From Atractiella rhizophila (taxonomy: Eukaryota), in assembly GCA_021432655.1 (NCBI GenBank), contig MU271291.1, forward strand, positions 1 to 64,000: a DNA stretch of 64,000 bases. The letters are read 5' to 3'. The stretch's first letter is position 1. The number at the start of each line of letters is the position of its first letter. The notes below the pieces were generated by a model. The model saw only the letters and a list, made by a program, of their open reading frames with translations. It was not told where the DNA came from and did not search any database. The position numbers and the translations under genes are program-made. Positions 48,746-61,281 of this stretch are shown one piece after another.

Positions 48746-49593
48746 CGTGTGGCTTGTGTAGCTTTTGAAATCTACTACACCTTTATAACGCAAGAAAAGA
48801 ATATTTATGGGATGTTCTCCACACGTGTACGGCCGTGCGCCTCACGCTGGTTCTCATGCTTTCGTCGATCCTTCATCAAACCTCGATCCTTCCCGGCTGG
48901 GGAGAGGACTCGAACTGGCATCGTCATTTTCCATTCCGCAGTGTTCCGCTTACACCTTGAAGGCTGCAGGTTACGTACAAGAGAGGTGAACATCGGCCAG
49001 TTGAACGATTTTCAAAATGTGAAGAAATCATAACTGTTGGCTGTCATCCACATGATCAATAAAATTAATAAAATTCAAACAGAATGGAATGAGACGTATT
49101 GAGAAGACAAGTCTGAAAACAGCTGAAGAACAGTAATTCACAAGTTCTGGCGTTCTCTAAGCAACAGTCTTCAGAAAAATCGTGACAGTCTGCCATAAGC
49201 CAGCCAGCAGATTGGTTGCCTTCAGCGTTGGACAAACCGTAACAATTGTGCTCATATGAGGGAGATAGCCATAAGCTGAAGTTACTGTTTCTCACTAGCA
49301 AGACTAAGACAGGTGGTCGAATGAGAAATGAACTTGCATCAACATTCTCAAAGCGGTATAATCACATGGGGTGCGACCCAGAATGTAAACGCTGAAACTT
49401 GATGGATGGGAGCTTTGGCTGTCTTCGAGCAAGGCAGAAAGATCAACGTCCATCATTCGATTTCTATAACCAGTCATGAGAAGAGTGTAGTCTTGAGATG
49501 GAGGATAATGATATCGAGGTTGCAATGCAGAAAGATCCACATTTCAGATCCTGTCCATTGATGACACCAATGAAAGAAAATCGTACCAATCTA

Positions 49594-49833
49594 TCAGGCG
49601 TCCTCCTCCTCCTCGTCGCTTTCATCCTCCTCATCTCTTTGCACCAATCTCACTTCTCTTTGTCTATCGATCTCTTTCCCACCCTCATTAAGTGCTTTCG
49701 TGAGAACCTCGTTCATCTTTGTTTGTGCCGCACTCAATCCTCGCAACAGATCGCCATCTTCAACATCGACCTGGAGAGTTCCGCTCTGTTCAGGGCTCAA
49801 CTTGAGGGAGTAGGATATGCTGATCTGGACCAT
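49594..49833 (-). CDS. Small 79-aa protein, Gon7 (KEOPS/EKC subunit)-like
   Basis: MVQISISYSLK.. beta-strand start, amphipathic helix LLRGLSAAQTKMNEVLT and an acidic tail DEEDESDEEEEDA. This architecture resembles Gon7 (recognised by eye only). Confidence 0.55.
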   Translation of the reverse strand: MVQISISYSLKLSPEQSGTLQVDVEDGDLLRGLSAAQTKMNEVLTKALNEGGKEIDRQREVRLVQRDEEDESDEEEEDA

Positions 49834-50826
49834 ATCGAGGACCGTTCGTACACAGTGATTGAGAAATTGAAAGCAGGCGTAGTGGTCAACTTGCACAGAC
49901 AAAGTCGGCCGAGTTGGCAACTCCGACTCCGACGTTCTCATTCATCTCTCTCGATTCCAATATTTTTGTTCCATCGAGCATACATCTGAGCATACATAAT
50001 ATTGTTCAGTGTCTAGTATTCACTCGGTGTGCCTCACGCTTTCTGCGAGAAAGCAATTGCCAAGCAACACGTCGTTCTGTCACAATAGCACAACTTTGGT
50101 GCGCCAATGAAATGGCCGTCAACGTAATTCTCTGAGCAGATGGTGCAGCATTTTCAGTTCTTCTATTCCTTTTCTGGCGGTAGCACAAACGAATGTAGGA
50201 TTCTGGCTGGTTCTGGAGCGCTTTCTGTTCCTGTGACCCTGTCCATGGTGTCATTTCCAGAGCATCCAACAGACAGGGTTCTTCTTGCGAGAAGTACCCA
50301 ACGCTTTAATTGCTTGGAGGAAAGGTGCTAGTTCACTGGAGAGATACAATCGTCAAGGATTGGAAAAGGGATATTGTTTGTAGAAAGATCAACTAAATCG
50401 TTTATCTTCCCGCTGCAGTTCTGCCTCCTCTGTTCGGGAACACGCAGAGAATTTTGGGATAGCGAGAAACTTATAGTATCGACTGTTGCAACGTTATTCC
50501 GTCTGTTATCTTGACCAGAACAGAACAGGAACACGACGGAATATCGAGTCTGAGACAGTTCTTCTGGTCACTTCCCATCGAGCAACTACCCGTCTCCATT
50601 TTCAGCTCGCAGACTTTTTCTTTGCATTTTTACCTGCCATTTTCTTAACCCTCCTTTACTCTCGTCCTTCCTTTACTCCACAACTTCCAACCAGAACGGA
50701 CGCACTCCAAACTCCAATTTCTCTCCTTTACCAGCTCCAACAGCACATATCCATCAGTACACCTTGTCCGTCCCGGTTCAGCTCACACAGTTCGATGTGC
50801 AATGCTTTTGAGACCGAAATCGAGAA

Positions 50827-52190
50827 GTGAATGGATGCGAGGAGGAGGAATATGATCAATTCAACATCACAGATGACCTGGATGTCGAGCGCCACTTTAA
50901 GGCTTTAGGACCCGGTGACTTCTTCATTCGCATAGATGGCGTGGAGAAAAGGGGAGAGTATCGGCCTACAAATATCTCGGCGGTACCAGTGGGAGATAAC
51001 TCTGCAGAGTCTTTTATAGAGATCTTCCAGAGGGTTATCATTTTTCTTGTGGAAAGCTGATCTGAAGGGTACCAATAGCACTACCTACGGCCTGCGCGAG
51101 ACGAAGGAACGCTGGTGCGCACCAATGCTCAACCAATCGCTACCTCATACCCCTACGCTTTTGGTCTCTGCCCTCGCTGCCCACACCTCTCCACCTCCAT
51201 GGATCCTCAAAATCCTTCCTCCATGCCACCACAACCCGCGCAATTCCGGTCCTGGGTTCAAACTGAGGACGTCAAAGGCGGCTGTCTTCCAATCACCGCT
51301 TTCGAGAGGCTCTATCGTCGTGACATGTTGGGGATAGGTGGAATGAAATTCATCCCATTTGCGGGAAACTACAAGTTCCATCCTTCGAATGGTGTTTGTG
51401 GAGAGGAGGTGCTGGGGGTGGGAAGATTCGACAACCGAGAGTCGTGCATACAATCGTACGTCCACTTTTTCGATCTCCATTGCAGCCTATTGAGCAGAGA
51501 ATCGAAATGGACATGAAAGGACCTTTTACGACGGTCTCGTGCACTGGTTGGAGGGAAAAACAGAGCTCATGAGCGTTTCGAAGCAAGAAGCCGACAAGTT
51601 TCGGGAAATTGGCAGCCTGAAGTTGAAGGTCAACTGGTTCGTGGTTTCTCGAGCCAACCAGTGCAACGCTGACTACTTGTATCCCGCCTTGACTTGCGAG
51701 CAGTTGGAATCCATATCAGTCCTCATCATCAGTGCCGTAAGTCCTTCGTCTCTCCCTTCGCTCGAGAGACTTGATCAGCGCGGCCTGAACGGTGAACATG
51801 GCTAACATATTAATCACCTCCACAGTACGATGTACAAGTGGTACATGTATTTTAAGCTCTGGAACACATTTCCTCTGTCAACTGCAATTCCGATCCAAGA
51901 CTCATCTTCCCCACCGCTCCGACAACTCTGAGTCAGTCCGCTCTTTCGCGCCGCTATTGACCAGTATCCCGTAGACCCCTCGGGACGACGAATTTGTCCA
52001 AAAGTTTAATGACATGGATACTAATCGTAAAATTCGGTACTAGGACGAATGGGTCGTATCCGAGGAGACAGAGAAGGGATGGACAAAGTCGATCAGTTCC
52101 GGGATGTGCTGGATACGTGCATGCTCAAACTGATGCGCTTGACTGGATAAGTGACGGGAGCCTCCTGCGAAGTGGAATAGTGGCATCGTC
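50827..52190 (+). pseudogene. Possible degenerate gene relic
   Basis: Protein-like segments with intron-like gaps are interrupted by in-frame stops and frame changes (e.g. GYQ*HYLRPARDEG..., KIRY*DEWVVSEE). No recognisable family. Confidence 0.35.
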
Positions 52191-52801
52191 GGCGTAGGGT
52201 CGGCTAAAACTATTACAGTAGCAGTGAGTAGACATCTGACTTTGAGGATGCCTTCTTTCCTTGTAATGTGCTTGGGACTTGCGGTGTGCGAGGCGCATTA
52301 ATCAGGCATGTTCCGTTCCGAGCGACTTGATGACAAAATGTTCCAGCAACCGGTTTCTAAACTACAACACATTCGCCTTTTTGGAGGCTAGGAAATCCCT
52401 TCGGGTTCCAGCGGTTCCGCCTCCAGGTCCATTGAATCCGAAAGTGTGATTTTGCATGATTCATGCTGTTTAAGTTCCGTGAGCATTATTGAGTTGCCTG
52501 TTTGGGAGTCACATGCCGAAAGAACACGCTTGCCTCATTGTTCCAAGCAAAATTCATTCACATTGTCCTTAAGCGCCTGTGTCGTAATTACTGTTCGAGC
52601 TGCAAGCCACCAATTGTCCTGACTGCGCGTCACCTTGAGGTATGTTGCTTATTTTATGAGCGCGTAAGCCAGCTTTCGTCTCATCGTCCTCTCCGTCCTA
52701 GGTTACCACTCTCATTTGACTTTTTGACAATCGTATCTGTTCTTTACTTCTTCAAATCAAGTTGTTGTTTCGTCGCACACGCGTTTTCCCGGGCTGTCAA
52801 C

Positions 52802-55244
52802 ATGTATATCGGCGCGAATGATACCCCCGCCTCGAGTACAAGTTCAAGATCCGCGACTCTGAAAAGGCTCGCCGATCCCGCACTGGCTGCTGCGAAAGGC
52901 AGGATGGTGGTTGGTTCAAAAAGGCCTCGAACGAATCGTGCTTGCGAGCAATGTATGTAATTATCTCCTTTTCGTAATCTCATAGCTCATTCGCTGGTTT
53001 TTGCGTTTTGTCGTCAGGCAGAAAACAAAAGTCGAGGTGCGAACCGAGCACGTCCAACACCAGAGCCTGTCACCGCTGCCACAAACTCACGATTCCCTGC
53101 TCCTTCCTTTCCCTTCCCGAACAGCTCGATAGCACCATTCCTTCGCAAGAGTCATCACCCGCAAGCCCGATCATTCACTTCACGCACTCATCCCAATCTC
53201 GAGACGCCCTTACAAACATTTTGTTGCAAGAGCATATTTTCAAACGAATTTCTGGAGAAATTACAGACGAGCAAATGGACAAACTCGATTTTAACAGAGA
53301 CTGGGCGGACATTCCTGGGGTTCTCAATAGTGTGCTCTTGAGCTTTGAGAGTCGGGAGGAGTGCTTTGAATCGTCGCAACAGAGAGCACCAGAGATCACA
53401 GATGACCGGCGCGCGCAATGGGACGAAATGTATGCTCTTTTTACCCTAAAACACGGGTATTACGTTGATTAACCTCGGTTACAGATATCAGCGCTACTAC
53501 GGTATTCTGCACCTACATCCTAACGTATCGAAAGATCGACCCTCAACCCCTTTCTTGCAGTCCGTGAGGCACCTTCTTGCGTCCCAGCATTGTCCCGACA
53601 CCACACCAGAAGAAACCGTCTTGCTTACCTCGACAGTCAACCAAGGTGCATTCCATGCCATCAGTACAAACTCCAAAACTCTAGAGGAAGCAGAATTACT
53701 AGACATCATCAGGGCGTTTATAATTCTCTCGGAGTGGATGCCAGCTAATCCAACCCTTCCTCCCACTGGTCTGAGTGATGGTAGCATGTTCAGAGAGACA
53801 GCCTTGAAACTATGCAACGATATCGGATTGGATCAACTCGAAATGACGCCAGGGTTAAGTGAGAAAGAACAGGATGAAGTAAGGGAGAAGATTCTATTGG
53901 TAGGACGACTTATTCTTTGTGGGACCAATTTCGCTGAATTTAGACACAGTGGTTCAGTTTTTGCACCGTCGAGGCCATGCAATCCATCGTTCGAGGTCGA
54001 TCCTGCGGTTCAGAACGACTTTCACGTCTGGAGAAGATTCTTCCCTCCTTATCTCTCCCTCGAACCCTGTTTCTTACATATCGACATCGAGCTCGGTATC
54101 TACAAACGATGCTCGATGCATTTACTAAACTCTCCGCTTCCGTCGAACAGACTCCGGAATGGATCTCAGTCATAACAGACGTGGCGACTGATGCGCTAGC
54201 TAACCTGGCAACGCATGCAACATACCTTAACCGTGTGATAGGTGAGCATTGACTACTCTTTAGATGGAAAGGGAAGTCATGTTGACCTGTCGTGAGTTAT
54301 AGCTGTAGCATCTCCGGAGGAGAAAAAGGTTCTCAGCGCAAGTGATCTGCATCAATCTGGATGTCTTCTCCTTCTCCTCGTAAAGGTTACCGGCTGTTTT
54401 CGCGTCATGTCGGTCTCCATCCCGGACATACCACATCGTTCTCATGAGGACTTAGTTCTCACTAAGCTCTTGAGAGAGAAGTTTGTGTTTTTTGGGAAAC
54501 ACCTCATAAACACTTCAGAAAAGGTCTTGATTCTTGCTTTCGAATCGCCACTCCTTCCTAGGTATTTCTTCCCGATGCTCTACCAGCCGCTCAAACAGTA
54601 ACCGACTGAAACAATTAGCCTCCCTGACAGCCTTTTGCACCTGATCGCATTTTCTGTTCTCTCATCAACGAAGACTAACTTCGTCTTGTACAAACGTGAG
54701 TTTATCCTTGTTGTATAAAGCAACTTTACTTACTATTTGATGTAGAATTCGTCGACGCGGCACTACTGTATGTAGACCAAACGCGCTTAAACGACCAATT
54801 GACGAAGTTCTTAGTGACACGGTCTCGTGCATGGAAGAAATCATGGAAGGGCTTTGTGAGAAATTTGCGTCTGTTGGCTTCAATCGTCCGGAACGCCTCC
54901 ACACTCGCTTTGCAAGACTCTTTCACGGTTTGCTCACAGTATGGAGGGATCGGGCGTCGATTGTTCAAAGGGCTCCTGAGACAAATGCAGCAAACCTTTC
55001 TAGTCAACCTTCTCCCTCCGATTCGCGATTTCTCACGAGTACACCATCCAGTCAGACCCTTGAGCCTTACTTCGATTTATCCATTGCTTTCCCTGGTATG
55101 GTAGATTACGCAGGAGCCCTGCAAGGCGGTGAAGCGATTGATTGGGTCCAGTCAATACTCTCGATTGGAGCCACGAGTGGACCCTTATCGACAACTCCCA
55201 TGAGTTTTGATTATGGACCGCTTAATGGACCTCCGTTTTCTTGA
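52802..55244 (+). CDS. Zn(II)2Cys6 fungal transcription factor (paralogue B)
   Basis: KRPRTNRACEQ|CRKQKSRCEPSTSNTRACHRCHKLTIPC. It shares RRAQWDE, PFLQxVRHLLASQ and SEWxPANPTLPPTGL with the gene at 14355. Confidence 0.85.
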
Positions 55245-55410
55245 TCACGTTAGAATATGTTTTTCTGGGTATAGAAATGTCACAATATCGCTATATGTAC
55301 TCATAAAGCTCTGTATCATTACATTCACCTCCTATATTATACTTGGTTTCAGTTCTGCTGCTGACTTTATAGCGAATGGTCTTTCCCGCAACTTTGAAAG
55401 AAAATGAGCA

Positions 55411-58264
55411 GATCGTATAAATATCCCCATCTCTAATACCCTGCTCGAGTTTAACACCAACAATTTGAGGCAGCAGGAGACAGATTCGTGGGCTGAAGGC
55501 AACGCTGCAGCAGCAATATGTTCACCAGGCAGCCGGACAGATCCATGGGACTGACATCTCGAATCAAAAGGCGTTCCTTGTAATCTTTCCGTCAGATTCT
55601 CTAAACGAGGACATCCTCGTTGCGTACTACCCTCACAATTAATTCCAAAGAACAAGGAAGAGCAGCTTGATAGGAAGCGCAGAGGAACACTTCCAATCAA
55701 CCAACTAGCCTCAAAACACTGCACACGCTCCAAAAGAAATAATTCTCTCCAGCTTCTCATGCAAATGACCATACATCCTTACACTTGTAATGCCGCGCGA
55801 AGTTCTACGTCGTTTGTCACCATTCATCATGCATTTTCACGACACTGCGGCTCCGGGGTGTCGACTCCAAAATTTTTCGACAACCAACAACACGCAGCTT
55901 CTTCTCCCAGCTTACGTTCTGTGCAGCTCCACTCGCTCGTCTGCCTGAGCCCTCCCAAGCAGTTTTCCCATGCTTACTTCTGTTCGTCGCCAATTTCGAC
56001 CTCTCCGTTCCACGACAGCAGCGCGAGTCCGCCAATTCTCGCTCACGCGCACCATCCGACAAGCCCCTGAGGCAGACCCAGAAGCAGATGTGGAAGCTGA
56101 AGACGAAGACAGTGCTGATGTGGGAAGACAAGCAGAAGAAGATTTCGGAGAGCAGGGAACCCGTGGGTCCTCGAGGGTTACGCTGAATGCTGCATCGGGG
56201 TATTTTGAGACTTGGAAGGCTACAAGTGGAGAGTATAAGGCCATGGATCCGAGGTTTAGAGGTGCTGCATTTCCTGGAGGAGAGAAATTTAAGCATGGCG
56301 TTGATGGAACGAACTGGTTGGGTGGAGAGGTGGTCAGTTGAATTTCCTTTCCTTTTGCTCATCCTTCTGGGTTGAGACAGTGGACATGCACTCCCTGATG
56401 TGACATTTCCCGACAGTCGAAACTGCCATAAAGTTTAGCTGTAGCTGAACATCACAGTAAAGTCTAGACTGCTTCAGCATCCTCACTTGTAGTCCGTCTG
56501 AATGTTTGTGTTGACGATTTTTTCTAGCCTTTTCCAGGGAATCCCACATTTCGACCGCCCACACCTCTCTCCGCTCTTACTATGTCCTTAATACACGCCT
56601 ACTACCTCAACCGCCTCCGCACTCCCCTCCATTCAGAAGCCTCTCAGAAAGAGTTGGTCAACATTAAATCCAAGCTGTCCGTCTGGTCCGATCGCGCACT
56701 GAGCGAGCATCAAGAGGAGGAAGCTCGAGCGTCTCGAAAGAATGGGAGCGACGATAAATACGGGTCAACTTCGAGACGGAGAGATGAGATGGATATGATG
56801 GATGAAGACGATATGATGGACGAGGAGCACATGATGATGATGAACCATATAAATATCCCCGTCTCAACTACCGTGCTCGAGTTTAACACCGCCAATCTAA
56901 GGCAGCAGGAGACCAATTCATGGGCTAAAGTCAACGCTGCAGGCAAAAAAGGCAGCTGAACAGATTGATGGGACTGACATCGCAAAATGAAAAGACAATA
57001 TTTGGGTCAGATTCTCCAAACGAGGACATCTTCGTTGCGTACTGCCTTCACAAATTAATGCCAAAGAACAAGGAAGAGCAGCTGGATAGGAAGTCGGAAG
57101 AACACTTCCAATCCACTAACAAGCCTCAAAACACTGCCACGCTCCAATAAGAAATAATTCGCTCTAGCTTCCATGGAAAGGACCGTACGCCCCTACATTC
57201 GTGATGCCGTGCGAAGTCGCAGATTAGTACCATTCATAATGCATTGTCATATTTCGTGATACACTACGGCTCCGGGTGTCCACTCCAAAATTTTTCGACA
57301 ACCAACAACACCTAGCTTCTTCTCCCAGCTTACGTTGTGTTGTGTGCAGCTCCATTCGCGCGTCTGCCTGAGTCCTCCAAGCAGTTTTCCCATGCTCACT
57401 TCTGTCCGTCGCCAATTTCGACCTCTCCGTTCCACGACAGCAGCGCGAGTCCGCCAATTCTCGCTCACGCGCACCATTCGACAAGCCCCTGAGGCAGACC
57501 CAGAAGCAGAAGTGGAAGCTGAAGACGAAGACAGTGCTGATGTGGGAAGACAAGCAGAAGAAGATTTCGGAGAGCAGGGAACCCGTGGGTCCTCGAGGGT
57601 TACGTTGAATGCTGCATCGGGGTATTTTGAGACTTGGAAGGCTACAAGTGGAGAGTATAAGGCCATGGATCCGAGGTTTAGAGGTGCTGCATTTCCTGGA
57701 GGAGAGAAATTTAAGCATGGCGTTGATGGAACGAACTGGTTGGGTGGGGAGGTGGTCAGTTGAATTTCCTTTCCTTTTGCTCATCCTTCTGGGTTGAGAC
57801 AGTGGACATGCACTCCCTGATGTGACATTTCCCGACAGTCGAAACTGCCATAAAGTTTAGCTGTAGCTGAACATCACAGTAAAGTCTAGACTGCTTCAGC
57901 ATCCTCACTTGTAGTCCGTCTGAATGTTTGTGTTGACGATTTTTTCTAGCCTTTTCCAGGGAATCCCACATTTCGACCGCCCACACCTCTCTCCGCTCTT
58001 ACTATGTCCTTAATACACGCCTACTACCTCAACCGCCTCCGCACTCCCCTCCATTCAGAAGCCTCTCAGAAAGAGTTGGTCAACATTAAATCCAAGCTGT
58101 CCGTCTGGTCCGATCGCGCACTGAGCGAGCATCAAGAGGAGGAAGCTCGAGCGTCTCGAAAGAATGGGAGCGACGATAAATACGGGTCAACTTCGAGACG
58201 GAGAGATGAGATGGATATGATGGATGAAGACGATATGATGGACGAGGAGCACATGATGATGATG
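55411..58264. repeat. Tandem ~1.43-kb duplication (55411-56842 / 56843-58264)
   Basis: Both units begin ..tataaatatcccc and end ..gagcacatgatgatgatg. The upstream non-coding part is strongly diverged and the distal part is identical. Confidence 0.93.
55970..56842 (+). pseudogene. 3'-truncated copy of the Bot1/mS45 gene (probable allelic haplotype copy)
   Basis: Same first exon, intron and start of exon 2 as 57392 onward. It runs into the unit-2 upstream region at 56843. Confidence 0.7.
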
Positions 58265-60972
58265 GAGGGGCGAGAAAGCTCGGAGGCAGAGGCAGACGGG
58301 GCTGAAGGGGCTGAAGGGGCGGAGGAGCTGGAGGAGCTGGAAGATGAATGGGAGCTGCCGGAAGAGTATGACGCGGAGGTGGAGCAGAAGCTGCGAGATA
58401 TCGTGCCATCGATGGGACCTGCGCTGGAGAGAGATTTGGCTAAAGATTTAGGGTTAGAGGATCAAAATGACCTCCTTCACCCTATTTTCGAGGAAGCGGC
58501 GCAGTGGTATGCTCAGTGGAGGGCTTTGAGTCCTCTCAGGGCCATGAATAGGGTCAGGAAAGAGGCGGCGTCTACGTTGCTTTTCTTACAAGAGATGAGA
58601 GATTTAGCCAAGACTCTAGAAGAGAAAGGCGTCCAGGTGGATGTCGAGGAATTGGAGCGAGCGGTCAGGAATCGCTGGCTGCGGTCGAAAGGGAAAAGCA
58701 GTGGAGCAACGTCAGAAGCCGCTATAGGGAACCTCGCTTTGATAGCTAAGGAAAAAGTTGATCGAGTTGAGGCGAGGGCAAGGTATTTTGAAGGGCAAGG
58801 ATTGGAAGCGGCTGCTGCATGGGAGAAAGCGGTTACGGTTGACGATGCCTTTGTTCGCTTCGAGAAAACAACGAAAGATGTCGCCAGCGCACTCTCCACG
58901 AAGCAGGATGATCCCACGCTCGATGCGCTTTACACAGACATTCGGCAATCGTTTCCTCTTTCCTCTTCAGAGTCCAGCAATCTCTCAAATAACATCACGG
59001 ATCTAGAAGTGGAATTCAAGTCTTTCAGCCTTGCGAATCAAGGCGCAACGACCCGTCCTGCACTCTTGCCCAAATTTATTGAGATGGCTGCTCGAGAACA
59101 TCCCTTTGTGCAAGGAGAGATCTGGCGACCAGCAGAGGATAAATCGGCAGACCGACATCCTTTCGTGCTTGAATATGAGCAGACAGCAATTGAAACCTTG
59201 CCTTCGATACCCCTAACCCATTTTGGATCACCACAACAACCACTGAGACAGCTACTGGAATACGTTCACGAGCCTATCGTGGAGAAATCAGTGGTCGAGG
59301 GTGTCGATGTGTCTGAAAATGTGGTTCAGGAGAAAGGGGAAGAGGCAACACAGGCGGAGAAGGTTGAGGAGGAAGAGAAGGATCAATCCGCATGGGCCGT
59401 CGCACTGAAAGGGAAGAAGAAGGTCTATGCATCCAATCTCCCCATTCCTCTTCTTCCAGACTTTTCCGAAATATTATCTCCGCCTTCAACTTCGAAAGCA
59501 CAAACTGCGACGCAGAGTGATGATTGGGCCCTTTCCGACACTTTGCAATATCGAACAAGGACCATGGCCGCCAGAGAAACTGCCGCTAAGTTTGGAATCT
59601 CGATGGATAGAGTGCGAGCTGTGATCAAGCTTATGGAGCTAGAACTCGAGTGGAAGAAGAAGGTTTGCTTTTCACCTAATACATGCTGGTCGATGATGCT
59701 CAAATATTTGCCCATGTTTAGGGAATCACCCTTCAAGAAAACCTCAATCGTGGAATGGAGAAGCACATGGGAGTCAAAACCTTGCCAAAGCACCATATCG
59801 AGTACGAGATGTACGAGAAGGATCGTCACAGCGCTCTGCAGAGCGACTTCATTTTCGCTGAACCTGATGTCGCCGAGCGATTCGAGCAAAGTCGAAAGGA
59901 TGCAGAACTCCAACTTTATTCCGCCGAATCATCAAAATCTATTGTCTTGCCAGACGGTACACGTGAAACTATTGTTGAACAGACCAAGCGGACCAAATCA
60001 AGTCGCACTACCACGAGTTCCGCTTCCTCGACGGCCGCCATTCCTTCTGAAACCAATGGTGACCTACCAACGTCGACCCAACCCGTTGAGGCTGTTGAAA
60101 TCGACCTTGATGACCGACTGCTCTCCGACCCAGAGGTTCAATTAGACGCCAAGTATCAGTCTGAGCGGCGACTAGCATCGTTAGCCATTGACGGAATGGA
60201 CCAACCTCACAAGCTCACCTTTAACGTCCCGTCCAAACTTCGCCGTGAACGAGATCATCGATCTGTTTGGCGGTTTGTCGACGTCACTGGAACGGAGAAG
60301 GGACAAGAGCTCGAAAAGTCTTATCAACTTAGTGATCGTGGCAATCGCCGACAGAGGCGAAAGAGACGAGCTGCCGCTCATCACATCTCACGTCCGCTCC
60401 CAGAACCGAAGTCTTCGGCTCACCTCCAAGCCTTGCTGGAGGAAAAGAAAAGACTGGATCTCAAAATTTGGAATTCGTCTCTTCCAGTCTCTTTGGCATC
60501 GCAACTGTCGAAATCCATGTATGACCCCAAACCAGTCAGTCCGGCCGAAATAGGTGCGTCTCGGCAACGGACAGAACGATTACAAGTGGAACGTTTAAGG
60601 AAGTCGATGAAGCGGGTCCAGACTCGATTATCGAAGCTTCAGCAGAAGGACTGGGGTACACGTGGATGGGGTGAAGATGCAGCAGCGGCACTTGAGATTG
60701 GAGAAAACCCTGCCGTTCGAGACTCCACACCAATTCATATTGACTTCAAAGATGGTGATCGTCTATCAAGCTACCGCCCGCCAGTTGGATACTCTATCGA
60801 AGGAACACCAACTCAGGGTAAGCTAAACAAGATGAATTGGTGGCAGAAAGCGAAAGGGAAGCAGAGGGCGGAGAGACTGAAGAAGGCTGAGGAGCGAGAC
60901 GCTTGGTTTGCGTCCGTAATGGATAGTGCGGAAACCACTCCTTCCGAAGGAGCAAAAGAATCCTCCAGTTGA
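57392..60972 (+). CDS. Bot1/mS45 (Mrps35)-like mitochondrial small-subunit protein, strongly expanded
   Basis: Arg-rich presequence MLTSVRRQFRPLRSTTAARVRQFS, then WLGGEV|PFPGNPTFRPPTPLS and, much later, RETAAKFGISMDRVRAVIKLMELELEWKKK|GITL..GMEKHMGV. Confidence 0.7.
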
Positions 60973-61281
60973 GGCCAATAAGCATCATAATCAGTTCCTT
61001 GCTTACAGCATTCGATATTTCGCTCGCATGTATATCCCAGGCAAAATTGCATTCCATATCTAGCATAATTTAAGCCCTACCACTATTCACTTCAAAGTTG
61101 CACTGAGTTTTAGCAAGAACTTGAAGTGGTCTCCCTTGACTTCTATCCATTTTGAGTACCGAAGTCTGAGACGTAGGCCAATGTGGCATGGAACACAAGT
61201 AAAGCGTAATCCACTGACTTATATTTCATTGTACATTCATCTTTTGGCCCAATACTTCTACTGAGAGTCCATTTTGCGTTT

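Noticed and set aside
42464..55244. Kinase, reductase, FAD oxidase and TF as a secondary-metabolite cluster
   Set aside because: There is no backbone enzyme (PKS, NRPS or terpene synthase), and the genes are functionally unrelated.
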